A program made the translations under genes and the position numbers. The notes beneath the pieces are model-generated. The model made no database searches. It was given only the letters and a program-made list of their open reading frames with translations, and was not told the DNA's origin. From the sequence record SRR31156797_5992: 33,248 nt of DNA; one strand, 5' to 3'. Shown here piece after piece: positions 8,658-19,261 of this stretch; positions within the stretch are counted from its first letter, which is position 1; each line of letters starts with the position of its first letter.

Positions 8658-9503
8658 TTACTTCTTATCAAAGAGTGACCAAGGGCCTCTGTTTCTTGCG
8701 AAATGATCAGCCTTAGCTTTCTCAGCATCTTCGAAGTATTTGCGGATCTTAAAGATCTGACCAGGGAAAATGAGGTCAGGGTCTTTGATCTGCTCTTTGT
8801 TAGCCCAGTAAATGAGTGGCCACATGAATGGGTTCATGAACTTGGACTTAGAGATGTTCCAAAGGTTATCACCTTTAGCAACTTCATAGTTTTCAGTCTG
8901 AGCTTTCATCATCTGAGTTCTAAGCTTAGCTTTACGTGCAGCCTCTGCTTTCTTAGCAGCAGCCTTACCTTCGATGATCTCTTTCTGAATCATAGCGTTG
9001 TCAACTTCAACCTGCTCAAGAACAGCCATAGCTTTTTCGCCCTCACACTCATCAATGAGTGCCTGAGCCTTAGCTATCTTAGCCTGAGCTGCCTGATATG
9101 AAGCGGAATACATGCTTCCGTCTGCGTTAGCAGCAACGTCCATCTTCTTCTTGTAAGCATCAAGCTCAGCCTGTGCTTTATCATTTATCTTAGAGCGCTC
9201 TGCAGCGATCTCTTTAGCCTTCTCAAAAGAAGCTATAGCTTGAAGGAGTGACTCTTTTGCGTCATCGTAAAGAGTTTTATCACCACTTTTTTCAGCTTCA
9301 GCCATCTTAGCTTCAGCAGCAGCAACAGCAGCTTTTGCTTTACCGTATTCTTCTGTAGCGCACTTTTCAGCACCGCTCTCCTGAGCAGCTTTCATTGCGG
9401 CTCTAGCGTTGTCCATCTCTTGTACTGGCGGTTTAGAACATCCAGTTACAACGAGAGCAGCTATAAGAGCAGCAAACATAACGAGTTTGGAAATTCTGGT
9501 CAT
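8658..9503 (-). CDS. Lipoprotein with Ala/Lys-rich helical region (DUF4398-like) and C-terminal LysM domain
   Basis: Signal peptide with lipobox VTG-C; LysM YEVAKGDNLWNIS...WPLIYWANKEQIKDPDLIFPGQ. Start ATG at 9503 after GGAGG. Confidence 0.85.
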   Translation of the reverse strand: MTRISKLVMFAALIAALVVTGCSKPPVQEMDNARAAMKAAQESGAEKCATEEYGKAKAAVAAAEAKMAEAEKSGDKTLYDDAKESLLQAIASFEKAKEIAAERSKINDKAQAELDAYKKKMDVAANADGSMYSASYQAAQAKIAKAQALIDECEGEKAMAVLEQVEVDNAMIQKEIIEGKAAAKKAEAARKAKLRTQMMKAQTENYEVAKGDNLWNISKSKFMNPFMWPLIYWANKEQIKDPDLIFPGQIFKIRKYFEDAEKAKADHFARNRGPWSLFDKK

Positions 9504-9542
9504 TAGAGTCCTCCATTCCATTATTCTAAGTATTAATATCCA

Positions 9543-9571
9543 AATTTAACATAGCTTTTTCTATATGTCAA
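9543..9571 (-). promoter_or_regulatory. Putative sigma70 promoter of the LysM gene
   Basis: TTGACA-17 bp-TAAATT with extended TG. Confidence 0.6.
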
Positions 9572-9590
9572 ACTCGAAAGTTGTCAAATA

Positions 9591-11381
9591 TCAGTCATTT
9601 TCGACGACTTCGAATTTCATATACAGTTCTTTTAACTGCTTCTCATCGATCTTATTTGGAGCGTCGCTCATCATATCTGTCGCCTTCTGTGTTTTAGGGA
9701 AAGCGATTACATCTCTGATCGATTCTGAATCAGTTAAAATTGTCGATATTCTATCCACACCAAACGCTATACCGCCATGAGGTGGAGTTCCGTACTTAAG
9801 TGCCTCTATGAAGAAGCCAAATTTGTACTCTCTGTCCTCTGGTGAAAAGCCGAGCGCATTAAACATCTTCTCCTGAACGTCAGAGCGGTGGATCCTTATG
9901 GAACCGCCTCCGATCTCAGAACCGTTAAGTACGAGGTCGTAAGCCTTTGCTCTCATTTTGCCAGGGTCAGTATCAAACAGCGGGATATCCTCATCAAGAG
10001 GAGCTGTGAATGGGTGGTGCATAGCGACATAACGCTTCTCTTCTGCGTCATAGTCAAGAAGTGGGAAGTCGAGTATCCAAACGAATGAGTAGTCGCCCTC
10101 TTTGATAAGACCGAGGTCTTTTCCGAGCTTGAGTCTCACTTTAGACATATAAAGGTTTACAATTTCCTTCTTTCCTGCGCCGAAGAAGATAATATCACCA
10201 GGCTCACCGTCCATAGCCTTAACTATAGTATCGGCTGAATCCCCTAAAAACTTAACTATTGGCGACTGTAAGCCGTCTTCGTTAACTTTTATATATGCGA
10301 GACCGCCCGCACCGAGTGAAACAGCCATCTCAGTGAGTGAGTCAATATCTTTTCTGGAATATTTTGCACCAGCGCCTTTAGCGTTGATAGCTTTAACTAC
10401 GCCGCCCTCAGCTACAACTTCACGGAAAACTTTGAATCCGCAGTCAGCAACGAGGTCGTTCATAGTTTTAAGGAACATGTCGAATCTTGTATCAGGAGCG
10501 TCGTGACCGTATTTCTCCATTGCGTCATCGAAAGACATTCTAGGGAAGCCTCTCTCAAGCTTGATACCTTTGATCTTGTCGAAGATTTCGATGAACATTC
10601 CTTCAAGGAGTTCCATAAGGTCTTCTCTGTCGATGAATGACATCTCCATATCGAGCTGAGTGAATTCAGGCTGGCGGTCAGCTCTGAGGTCTTCGTCACG
10701 GAAACATTTAACTATCTGGAAGTATTTGTCGTATCCGCCAACCATAAGAAGCTGTTTGAACATCTGTGGTGATTGAGGGAGAGCGTAACACTTACCAGGG
10801 TTAACACGTGAAGGAACGAGATAGTCTCTTGCGCCCTCTGGTGTAGATTTTGTAAGGAAAGGAGTCTCGATATCGAGGAAATCACGAGCGTAAAGATACT
10901 CTCTCATAGTGCGCACGATGTTGTGGCGTGTGATGAGGTTGCTCTGGATCTGCTTTCTTCTAAGGTCGAGATATCTGTATTTAAGCCTTGTCTCTTCATT
11001 AGCGTTAGTGTGTTCGTCTATCATAAAAGGAGGAGTCTTAGAAGCGTTGAGGATTTTGATTTCATCAACATTAACTTCGATCTCGCCTGTAGGGAGCTTC
11101 TTATTGATAGTCCCGTCAGGTCTCATCCCAACTTTACCTTTAACAGCGATTACAAATTCATTTCTGATAGAATCAGCGATATCGTGTACTTCTTTATTAT
11201 GTTCAGGGGACATAACAACCTGTGTGAGTCCTTCTCTGTCTCTAAGGTCAACAAATATAACTCCGCCGTGGTCTCTGCGTCTTTGAACCCAGCCCATAAT
11301 GCAGACTTCTTCGTTAAGGTTTGCTGCTGTAAGTCCTACGCAGCTGTGTGATCGTCTCCAATCGCCCATGTGTGAAAGCAA
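9591..11381 (-). CDS. aspS: Aspartate--tRNA ligase, probably non-discriminating (Asp/Asn)
   Basis: [62 protein letters not shown] start 7 nt after GGAGG. Confidence 0.97.
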   Translation of the reverse strand: MLSHMGDWRRSHSCVGLTAANLNEEVCIMGWVQRRRDHGGVIFVDLRDREGLTQVVMSPEHNKEVHDIADSIRNEFVIAVKGKVGMRPDGTINKKLPTGEIEVNVDEIKILNASKTPPFMIDEHTNANEETRLKYRYLDLRRKQIQSNLITRHNIVRTMREYLYARDFLDIETPFLTKSTPEGARDYLVPSRVNPGKCYALPQSPQMFKQLLMVGGYDKYFQIVKCFRDEDLRADRQPEFTQLDMEMSFIDREDLMELLEGMFIEIFDKIKGIKLERGFPRMSFDDAMEKYGHDAPDTRFDMFLKTMNDLVADCGFKVFREVVAEGGVVKAINAKGAGAKYSRKDIDSLTEMAVSLGAGGLAYIKVNEDGLQSPIVKFLGDSADTIVKAMDGEPGDIIFFGAGKKEIVNLYMSKVRLKLGKDLGLIKEGDYSFVWILDFPLLDYDAEEKRYVAMHHPFTAPLDEDIPLFDTDPGKMRAKAYDLVLNGSEIGGGSIRIHRSDVQEKMFNALGFSPEDREYKFGFFIEALKYGTPPHGGIAFGVDRISTILTDSESIRDVIAFPKTQKATDMMSDAPNKIDEKQLKELYMKFEVVEND

Positions 11382-11382
11382 T

Positions 11383-12645
11383 TTAGTTCCTCCTGAGTTT
11401 ATCGGATATGTAGTTTATAATATTGGTTAATTCAATCTCTTCCTGCACGCCTGCTTCCATATCCTTAACAGCGGCAGTCCCTTTATCCATCTCGTCTTCG
11501 CCTAAAACTACGGTAAATCTAGCACCGTTTTTATCAGCCAGCGAAAACTGTTTTTTCATTTTTCTAAAATCATAGTCCATATCAGCGCTAATACCAGCGT
11601 TTCGCATGGAATTTACAAGTTTAACCGCCTCTTTGTCTGATACATCTTTAAATGAGACAATGTAAGCGTCTATTTCGTTCTCTTTTTCTGTATCTTTAAG
11701 CATCGCAAGTGCGACCATACGGTCTATACCGGTTGCGAAACCTATCCCCGGTGTATTCGGACCGCCTAAGAGCTGTATGAGTCCGTCGTAACGTCCCCCT
11801 GCCCCAACGGCTGCCTGTGCACCGAGTTTATCTGTAACCAGCTCGAAGGCTGTACGCACATAATAATCAAGACCGCGAACCATCATCGGGTTCACATTAT
11901 ACGGCATTTCAAGAGCATCAAGGTAGCTTTTAACACCATTAAAGTGCTCTTCGCACTCACCGCAGAGGTGATCTATAGCCACAGGAGCATCTTTTGTTAT
12001 CTCTTTACAGTTAGGGTTCTTACAGTCGAGGATACGCATAGGGTTCTTATCAAGCCTGCGGAGACAGTCTTCGCAAAGCTCACCCTTATTCTCCTCAAAG
12101 AAGCCTATAAGCTTTTCGTTATAAGCAGGTCTGCACTCAGGGCAACCGATAGAATTTATCTCCATAGAGACAAAATCCTCAATGCCGAGGTTAACAGCGA
12201 GCTTATAAAGTATATATATTACATCTGCATCAACAGCAGGACCACTCGATCCGAAAACTTCTATACCTGCCTGAGTAAACTGCCTGAAACGTCCCCTCTG
12301 AGGGCGCTCACGACGAAACATAGGACCTATATAGTAATACTTTGTTGTTGCTGGCGGATTATAAATATTATTTTCAACGTACGCACGGACAATAGACGCT
12401 GTCCCTTCGGGTCTGAGCGCAACATGTGTTCCGTCTCTATCCTCGAAAGCGAACATCTCTTTCTCAACTATGTCAGTGGACGCTCCGATACCTCTATCGA
12501 AAACTTCAACTTTCTCTAAAACTGGGAGGTAAAATTCCTGATAATTGAATGACCTGAAAGTTTCTTTGAAAACTTTTTCGACTTTTTGCCAGTATCTCGA
12601 TTCCAGTCCGTATATATCTCTGAATCCCTTGACCTTTTTATACAC
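11383..12645 (-). CDS. hisS: Histidine--tRNA ligase
   Basis: [38 protein letters not shown]. Probable GTG start at 12645 after GGAGG (ORF track starts at 12669). Confidence 0.96.
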   Translation of the reverse strand: MYKKVKGFRDIYGLESRYWQKVEKVFKETFRSFNYQEFYLPVLEKVEVFDRGIGASTDIVEKEMFAFEDRDGTHVALRPEGTASIVRAYVENNIYNPPATTKYYYIGPMFRRERPQRGRFRQFTQAGIEVFGSSGPAVDADVIYILYKLAVNLGIEDFVSMEINSIGCPECRPAYNEKLIGFFEENKGELCEDCLRRLDKNPMRILDCKNPNCKEITKDAPVAIDHLCGECEEHFNGVKSYLDALEMPYNVNPMMVRGLDYYVRTAFELVTDKLGAQAAVGAGGRYDGLIQLLGGPNTPGIGFATGIDRMVALAMLKDTEKENEIDAYIVSFKDVSDKEAVKLVNSMRNAGISADMDYDFRKMKKQFSLADKNGARFTVVLGEDEMDKGTAAVKDMEAGVQEEIELTNIINYISDKLRRN

Positions 12646-12708
12646 TTGAGACAATCCTCCAAAACTCAAGTAATATGCTAATTTCGCACACTAGTCAACA
12701 TCGAAAAG

Positions 12709-13407
12709 CTATAAATCGAATTTTGTTTTAGCAATATCCACAAGAGCGTGTGAAGCTTCCTCTAAATCGAGCTTAGAAAGGTTCAAAATACCGTGATACA
12801 TCCAGTGGTCATCTATGCTTCTGCCAAAATAATGCTTAAAGTATTTGCGCTTCCTGCTGTCCACTTCTTTAATCTTATCGTGAGCCTCTTTATCACTCAG
12901 TTCCTCACGCATACTTACCCACTTCACCCTGTCTTCCATAGTGGCTACAAGCCTGAAGTGAATAGCCTGCGGGTGATCTTCAAGAATGCAAACACCACCA
13001 CGCCCAAGCACCACAGCGTTCATCTCTTCCGCTGCTTTGTTTATAATACGTCGTACCATCTCGTGAAATGAGCTGGCGTCAGTGATATTTTCATCTCTGC
13101 TATATACATCAAAAAAAGCCTCATGTTCCTGAGACATTATCTTCTTAACTGTTTTAGGAGCGTAGTCCGTCTTCTCAAAGAGATCGGCAAACATATTTGT
13201 ATCAAAATATTTTGACATAAAAGAGCGAACGGATGAATGCTCCTCTTCATCAAAAGCTTTCACTTTCTCTTCGTCAGACCCTGTGAGGATCGCCGCAAAT
13301 TTGACGAGCTCTTTATTGAAAAGTCTGAAACCAAGATTTTCCGCTACACGCTCTGCGACATATTCGCCACCGCATCCGTACTGTCTGGATATAGTTATAA
13401 CTGCCAT
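12709..13407 (-). CDS. Cytidylate kinase-like family protein
   Basis: VITISRQYGCGG P-loop variant, VVLGRGG, D..RK.YFKHYFG, YH..LN. Confidence 0.85.
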   Translation of the reverse strand: MAVITISRQYGCGGEYVAERVAENLGFRLFNKELVKFAAILTGSDEEKVKAFDEEEHSSVRSFMSKYFDTNMFADLFEKTDYAPKTVKKIMSQEHEAFFDVYSRDENITDASSFHEMVRRIINKAAEEMNAVVLGRGGVCILEDHPQAIHFRLVATMEDRVKWVSMREELSDKEAHDKIKEVDSRKRKYFKHYFGRSIDDHWMYHGILNLSKLDLEEASHALVDIAKTKFDL

Positions 13408-13901
13408 AAAGCCACCCCCAGTTGCCTAATACCAAGGTCATCTTTAATTAATTGTATCATATCACCTATTTCACGGCAACTTTCAGGATGTACATAATCT
13501 GGTTTAATATCCTTAAGCGGAGATAATACAAAGCTTCTGTTCTCCATCTGAGGATGTGGAATGTAAAGATTATCAGACTCATAGATGATGCCGTTAAAAT
13601 CAATTATGTCTATATCCATAACACGTGTGTACCATCTACCACTGTTCTCTCGCCCCATAATCTTTTCGATGGTTTTGATAGAACGTAGAAGTTCCTGCGG
13701 CTCCATATCTGTCTCTACAGAAACACATAGATTAAAATATGCGTCCTGATCGTCTTTCAGAAGCGAGGTCGTTTTATATATGGGTGAGACATTTTCTATT
13801 TCACAAAAGTTACTTAGATGTTTGAGAGCTCTACAAAGGTTCGCTCCCTTCTGACCTAGGTTGCTACCCAGCCCAAGTATTGCGGAGTTCTCTCTGCTCA
13901 C
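13395..13901 (-). CDS. folK: 2-amino-4-hydroxy-6-hydroxymethyldihydropteridine diphosphokinase
   Basis: LGLGSNLG, IEKIMGR, RVMDIDII, IPHPQMENRSFVLSPL. Confidence 0.93.
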   Translation of the reverse strand: MSRENSAILGLGSNLGQKGANLCRALKHLSNFCEIENVSPIYKTTSLLKDDQDAYFNLCVSVETDMEPQELLRSIKTIEKIMGRENSGRWYTRVMDIDIIDFNGIIYESDNLYIPHPQMENRSFVLSPLKDIKPDYVHPESCREIGDMIQLIKDDLGIRQLGVALWQL

Positions 13902-14580
13902 TTTCCATCCTCTCTCTGATAGTCTGTAGTAGTTCTCTGTCCTTCATCCCATCAGGGCTTACAGGTGCAAGGAATCTGACCTTAACCTTTTTAAACGGTC
14001 TAACAATAAAGCTCTTTTTAGGGAGAGCTTCGCCTGTACCTTCAAGGATAAATGGAGCAATTTCATGCCCAGTCCTAACAGCAAGAGTGAAAGCTCCTCT
14101 TTTAAAAGGGAGCATCTCTTCAGCATTAGACCTTGTCCCCTCAGGAAACAGTAGCACTGAGAAACCTTCCTGAATTTTCTTAGCAGCGGCGAAAAGTGAC
14201 TTGAGAGCGTCACGGCTTTCACCTCTGTTAATAGGGATAAGCCCTAATGTCTTAATAGCAAAGCCGAAAACAGGTATTTTAAAAAGCTCTTCTTTCGCCA
14301 TGAAAAGAAAGTTTTTATCTATCACAGTGAGGAGCAGAAAAATATCTATGTAACTCTGATGGTTCCCCATGAAGACGTAATTCTTTTTCATATCAAGGTT
14401 TTCAAGCCCTTCAACCTGATACCTGACACAACATAAAGCCATATTAATCTTCGCCCAGATGCGAGCAAGTTCCATATAAATATTTTTACCAAAAATAAGA
14501 AATGGAACACCTATTGCAACAAGTATAACTGTTTGAACAGCGAGGAGAACCCATACGAAAAAACTGTATATTATTTTCAT
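13864..14580 (-). CDS. plsC: 1-acyl-sn-glycerol-3-phosphate acyltransferase
   Basis: NHQSYID (HX4D), FMAKEELF, FPEGTRS. Confidence 0.9.
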   Translation of the reverse strand: MKIIYSFFVWVLLAVQTVILVAIGVPFLIFGKNIYMELARIWAKINMALCCVRYQVEGLENLDMKKNYVFMGNHQSYIDIFLLLTVIDKNFLFMAKEELFKIPVFGFAIKTLGLIPINRGESRDALKSLFAAAKKIQEGFSVLLFPEGTRSNAEEMLPFKRGAFTLAVRTGHEIAPFILEGTGEALPKKSFIVRPFKKVKVRFLAPVSPDGMKDRELLQTIRERMESEQRELRNTWAG

Positions 14581-15947
14581 TTAACCTTTCCAGCTATATC
14601 ACCAAGCACACTGGAGTATGTCGGGTGATTGAAAACGAAATCTTCGATCTTAGTTAGCGGCATCTTTGACTGAACCATCATAGCGAATGTTGAAACAAGC
14701 TCTGTCGCTCCGCTGCCAACCGCATGGCAACCTATAATCTTTTTATTATCAGGATTATATAAAATTTTAATAAGTCCTTTAACAGTACCCTGAACAACAG
14801 ATCTTTCAAAGTTTTTAAAGCTGTGCTTTATCACTTTATAATCAATACCCTGCTCTTTGGCATTCTCTTCGGAAAGCCCGACAGAGGCTATCTCAGGATC
14901 AAGTTTAAGGATCTTAGGGCAGAGATCAGCGCTTATATTACGCTTGTTTTCTATGATGTCACCAGCGGCGATATCAGCAGACATATATGCCCAGTTAACA
15001 AACATATTCATACCTGTGGCATCACCAACCATATAAATATCTTTGTTTGTAGTACGAAGCTTTTTAGTCAGCTTAGGGTATCCCTTTTCGTCGAATTTAA
15101 CTCCGGCACTTTCAGGGTTAAGGCAACTGATATTAGGAGCTCTACCTATAGAGACAAATACTTCCTCGCCCTCTATCTTGCTGTCATCTTTCATAAAGAT
15201 AATAGTTTTATTGCCGACCTTTTCAATCCTGTCAACTGACACACCTTTGCGCACTTCGACACCGCTTCGTTTAAGCTGATCTTCGAATTCTTTTACAACC
15301 TGCGCATCAATGGAAGAGAGGAGCCTATCGCTCCGTTCGATGAGTGTAACTGTACAGCCTATTCTTTTAAAAAACGTAGCATACTCAGTACCGATAAATC
15401 CGCCACCGACAACAACAACGCTTTTAGGTGTCGCCTCAAGATCGAATATATTAGTTGTATCCAGGAGTTTTTTGGTTGAAGGAACATTTGTGCTCATATT
15501 ATTTGAGCCGGTAGCAATCACCGCTTTACCAAAATCGATAAGCTCTTCACCATCTTCTGTAGTTACCTTGACAGTATTTTTATCTGTAAAAACAGCAATA
15601 CCATTAAGTATTTCTACACCGGATGATGCTAAGTTATCAAGGAAACCCTTCACAACCTTGCTCGAGACAGACTCCACATGTTTTCTAGCTTTTTTAAAAT
15701 CAAAGCTGAATTCGTGATTGCAGTCACTCTCGACAAAGTTAGAAGTTTTATTTACAAAACGCTCGTAAAGGTGGCTCACGTGCAGAAGAGTGTTGGAAAC
15801 AACGCTTCCGCCAGTGCAGTAATTACCGCCGATAGATTTATCTATTAGGAGAACTGACCTTTCGTCACCGGTGAGCTTTTTAGCGGCTTCTATACCCGCA
15901 GGACCAGCACCGATGACGATAAAGTCATATCTTTTATTTTCACTCAA
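14577..15947 (-). CDS. Pyridine nucleotide-disulfide oxidoreductase family flavoprotein (Lpd/SthA-like, atypical active site)
   Basis: FAD GAGPAG, ATGS, NAD VGGGFIGTE, GD motif, C-terminal FNHPT; CxxxxC absent. Confidence 0.85.
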   Translation of the reverse strand: MSENKRYDFIVIGAGPAGIEAAKKLTGDERSVLLIDKSIGGNYCTGGSVVSNTLLHVSHLYERFVNKTSNFVESDCNHEFSFDFKKARKHVESVSSKVVKGFLDNLASSGVEILNGIAVFTDKNTVKVTTEDGEELIDFGKAVIATGSNNMSTNVPSTKKLLDTTNIFDLEATPKSVVVVGGGFIGTEYATFFKRIGCTVTLIERSDRLLSSIDAQVVKEFEDQLKRSGVEVRKGVSVDRIEKVGNKTIIFMKDDSKIEGEEVFVSIGRAPNISCLNPESAGVKFDEKGYPKLTKKLRTTNKDIYMVGDATGMNMFVNWAYMSADIAAGDIIENKRNISADLCPKILKLDPEIASVGLSEENAKEQGIDYKVIKHSFKNFERSVVQGTVKGLIKILYNPDNKKIIGCHAVGSGATELVSTFAMMVQSKMPLTKIEDFVFNHPTYSSVLGDIAGKVK

Positions 15948-15950
15948 ATG

Positions 15951-17363
15951 TTAGTACCTGTAATGATCCGGTTTGTAAGGACCCTCAACAGTAACACCGA
16001 TGTATTCAGCCTGCTCTTCAGTAAGAGTAGTAAGCTTAACACCGATCTTAGCCAGGTGAAGTCTTGCAACTTCCTCATCAAGCTGTTTGCTGAGGATATA
16101 CACGCCAGGCTTGTAAGTCTCTTTGTTTTTCCAGAGGTCGATCTGAGCGAGCGTCTGGTTAGTAAAAGAGTTACTCATAACAAATGATGGGTGACCAGTC
16201 GCACAACCGAGGTTTACGAGACGGCCTTCAGCGAGCATAAATATCTCGTGCCCATCTTTGAATGTGTATTTATCAACTTGCGGCTTGATATTTGTCTTAA
16301 CGATTCCGTCAACAGCTTCAAGCTTTTCAACCTGAATCTCATTATCGAAGTGACCGATATTACAAACTATAGCCTGATCTTTCATCTTCACCATGTGTTC
16401 AACACGGATAATGTCTTTATTACCTGTTGTAGTAACATATATGTCTGCTGTACCGAGTGTATCTTCCACTGTCTGCACCTGATACCCAGCCATAGAAGCC
16501 TGAAGTGCGCAGATAGGGTCGATCTCAGTAACAACAACAATAGCACCAAGTCCTCTGAGGGATTCAGCGCAACCTTTACCAACGTCACCATAACCGCAAA
16601 CGCAAGCTACTTTACCGGCGATCATAACGTCTGTTGCACGCTTGATTCCGTCCACAAGGGACTCACGGCAGCCGTAGAGGTTATCGAATTTAGATTTAGT
16701 AACCGAGTCGTTTACATTTATAGCAGGAACAAGAAGTTCACCCTTCTCCATCATGTGATAAAGTCTGTGAACGCCTGTAGTAGTCTCTTCGGAAACACCC
16801 TTCCACTCTGCTACTGTCTCAGCCCATCTTGTAGGAGTCACAGCTAGGATAGATTTAAGCTGAGCGAGGAAAACGCCCTCTTCTGTGCTACCTGGTGTTT
16901 TATCAAGTATAGAAGGATCTTTCTCTGCGGCAAGTCCTGTGTGGATCATCATAGTCGCATCGCCACCGTCATCAACGATAAGCTCAGGACCTTTCCCTCC
17001 AGGGAACGCAAGAGCCTGCTCTGTGCACCACCAGTATTCCTCAAGAGTCTCACCCTTCCAGGCGAATACTGGTACCCCGGTAGCAGCGATTGCCGCAGCA
17101 GCGTGATCTTGAGTTGAGAATATATTACAACTGCACCAGCGAACGTCAGCACCGAGAGCTACAAGTGTCTCGATAAGGACTGCTGTCTGGATAGTCATGT
17201 GGAGAGAGCCCATGATACGAACGCCTTTAAGTGGCTGTTCTTTAGCATATTTCTCTCTTGTCGCCATAAGTCCAGGCATTTCGTGTTCTGCGATAGAAAT
17301 CTCTTTACGACCGAAGTCAGCAAGTGACATATCCGCTACTTTATATTGAGCTGTTGAATCCAT
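15951..17363 (-). CDS. ahcY: Adenosylhomocysteinase
   Basis: [45 protein letters not shown]. Confidence 0.98.
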   Translation of the reverse strand: MDSTAQYKVADMSLADFGRKEISIAEHEMPGLMATREKYAKEQPLKGVRIMGSLHMTIQTAVLIETLVALGADVRWCSCNIFSTQDHAAAAIAATGVPVFAWKGETLEEYWWCTEQALAFPGGKGPELIVDDGGDATMMIHTGLAAEKDPSILDKTPGSTEEGVFLAQLKSILAVTPTRWAETVAEWKGVSEETTTGVHRLYHMMEKGELLVPAINVNDSVTKSKFDNLYGCRESLVDGIKRATDVMIAGKVACVCGYGDVGKGCAESLRGLGAIVVVTEIDPICALQASMAGYQVQTVEDTLGTADIYVTTTGNKDIIRVEHMVKMKDQAIVCNIGHFDNEIQVEKLEAVDGIVKTNIKPQVDKYTFKDGHEIFMLAEGRLVNLGCATGHPSFVMSNSFTNQTLAQIDLWKNKETYKPGVYILSKQLDEEVARLHLAKIGVKLTTLTEEQAEYIGVTVEGPYKPDHYRY

Positions 17364-17381
17364 TTTTTCACCTTGTTACGC

Positions 17382-17415
17382 AAAAAAGCACCTGCAAGGC
17401 TAGCCCAACAGGTGC
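17382..17415 (-). terminator. Intrinsic terminator between metK and ahcY
   Basis: GCACCTG...CAGGTGC followed by T6 on the minus strand. Confidence 0.7.
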
Positions 17416-17430
17416 ATTTAGTTCTATTGA

Positions 17431-18570
17431 TTAGCCTATGGCTGATTTAAGTTCTTCTACCTTGTTCGTCTGTTCCCATGAAAACTCACTGCGCCCGAAA
17501 TGACCGTAGGCAGCGGACTGTCTGAAGATAGGTTTTCTGAGGTCAAGAGCGTCCATAATACCCTTAGGTGTCAGGTCGAAGACCTTGTTAACAGCTTCTT
17601 CAATCTTCTCTTCTGAAACTGTGTTAGTACCGAATGTATTAACCATGACAGATACAGGGTCTACAACACCAATAGCGTATGCAACCTGTACTTCACAACG
17701 TGCAGCAAGTCCTGCGGCAACAATGTTTTTAGCTACCCATCGAGAAGCGTAAGCAGCGGAACGGTCAACTTTTGATGGGTCTTTACCACTGAAAGCACCA
17801 CCACCGTGGCGTCCCATACCGCCGTAGGTATCAACGATAATCTTACGACCAGTAAGACCGCAGTCGCCCATAGGACCGCCGATAACGAAACGTCCAGTTG
17901 GGTTGATATGGAATTTTATATCATCCTTAACAAGTTCTTTCGGAAGAACAGGAAGGATAGCTTTATTGATAACGTCTTCTTTTACCTGTTCAAGAGTCAC
18001 ATCTTCAGCGTGCTGAGTGGATACAACTACAGTATCTATCCTGATAGGTGTATAGCCATCATACTCAACAGTGACCTGAGATTTGCTGTCAGGTCTGAGG
18101 TAAGCAAGCTCACCACTCTTTCTAAGCTCCGAAAGCTTTTTAGTAATTTTGTGTGAAAGTGTTATAGGGAGAGGCATAAGCTCTTCTGTTTCATCACAAG
18201 CGTAACCAAACATAAGACCCTGATCACCAGCTCCGCCAACGTCAACACCCATTGCGATGTCAGGAGACTGCTTATCAAGTGTAACCATAACGCCACATGT
18301 ATCGCAGTCAAAACCATGCTCTGCGTTGTCATAGCCGATCTCACGGATTGTTTCTCTGACTATTTCTGGAATCTCAACATAAGTTTTTGTGGTAACTTCG
18401 CCTGAGACAACTACAAGGCCTGTAGTAATCATAGTTTCGCATGCGACCCTGCTGAAAGGATCGTCTTTAAGCATAGCATCTAGAACTGCATCGGATATCT
18501 GGTCCGCCATCTTGTCAGGGTGTCCCTCACTTACAGACTCAGATGTGAAAAGATACTTCTTATTATTCAT
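17431..18570 (-). CDS. metK: Methionine adenosyltransferase
   Basis: [28 protein letters not shown]. Confidence 0.98.
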   Translation of the reverse strand: MNNKKYLFTSESVSEGHPDKMADQISDAVLDAMLKDDPFSRVACETMITTGLVVVSGEVTTKTYVEIPEIVRETIREIGYDNAEHGFDCDTCGVMVTLDKQSPDIAMGVDVGGAGDQGLMFGYACDETEELMPLPITLSHKITKKLSELRKSGELAYLRPDSKSQVTVEYDGYTPIRIDTVVVSTQHAEDVTLEQVKEDVINKAILPVLPKELVKDDIKFHINPTGRFVIGGPMGDCGLTGRKIIVDTYGGMGRHGGGAFSGKDPSKVDRSAAYASRWVAKNIVAAGLAARCEVQVAYAIGVVDPVSVMVNTFGTNTVSEEKIEEAVNKVFDLTPKGIMDALDLRKPIFRQSAAYGHFGRSEFSWEQTNKVEELKSAIG

Positions 18571-18585
18571 TGTGATATCACCTGT

Positions 18586-18816
18586 TTAAGCGTTTTCTTT
18601 TTTATATTGAGCAAGGAGCAATTCCATCTTGTCTTTGCCCCTAAGCTTGATCACCTTTATCTCTTTAATTCTAGCTTCCACTTCCGGTGGGAAAAATTTA
18701 AGGCTGTAAAGTGCTTCAAGATCCTGCTCGAGGGTAATGTGCTCCTCGAAAAGTGACTTGAAAGTTTCATTTGACTGGATCATCTTATCCACGATTTCGT
18801 TTTTTGCCTTAAGCAT
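18586..18816 (-). CDS. DUF465 / YdcH-like small protein
   Basis: F..LFEEH..LE...IK..KL..KD pattern, 76 aa. Confidence 0.7.
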   Translation of the reverse strand: MLKAKNEIVDKMIQSNETFKSLFEEHITLEQDLEALYSLKFFPPEVEARIKEIKVIKLRGKDKMELLLAQYKKENA

Positions 18817-18829
18817 CGTAAAACACCCC

Positions 18830-19261
18830 TTATTTTTTAGGGATACTCAGAGCCATCCTCAGAGCATCCACACCTTTACCATAATAATCTTTAATCTCGC
18901 CCGTGTTTTCGAACCCGAGCTTTCTATATAGACAAATAGCCCCCGCATTAGTTTTATCTACTTCGAGATAGATGTTCCTAACATCGGGGTGCCTGTATAT
19001 ACATTCATTTAAAAGTTTGACAGCAATGCCTTTTCTTCTATGCACCCTGCTAACAGCAACATGCCCGACTTCGCCCTCATCTAAAATATACCAGAAAATG
19101 ATATAGCCTGCTACTACTCCGTCTATTTCGTAGACGAGAAAATCACAGGTATCTTTCTCCAGCTCTGAAACAAACGATGATTTCGACCACACTCTGCTGA
19201 AAGATTCCTCTTCGACTCTGCAGACAGAGTCAATATCAGCAAGCTTTGTTTCTCTGATCAA
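18830..19261 (-). CDS. rimI: RimI-like GNAT acetyltransferase
   Basis: EEESF...WS, VAV...RRKGIA, LEV..TN.GA..LY.KLGF, YY...DA; adjacent to tsaB. Confidence 0.85.
   Translation of the reverse strand: MIRETKLADIDSVCRVEEESFSRVWSKSSFVSELEKDTCDFLVYEIDGVVAGYIIFWYILDEGEVGHVAVSRVHRRKGIAVKLLNECIYRHPDVRNIYLEVDKTNAGAICLYRKLGFENTGEIKDYYGKGVDALRMALSIPKK

Noticed and set aside
12646-12708. T-box leader for hisS-aspS
   Set aside because: Only about 60 nt is available and there is no T-box sequence
17364-18830. SAM or SAH riboswitch for metK or ahcY
   Set aside because: The spacers are too short or lack recognisable aptamer consensus
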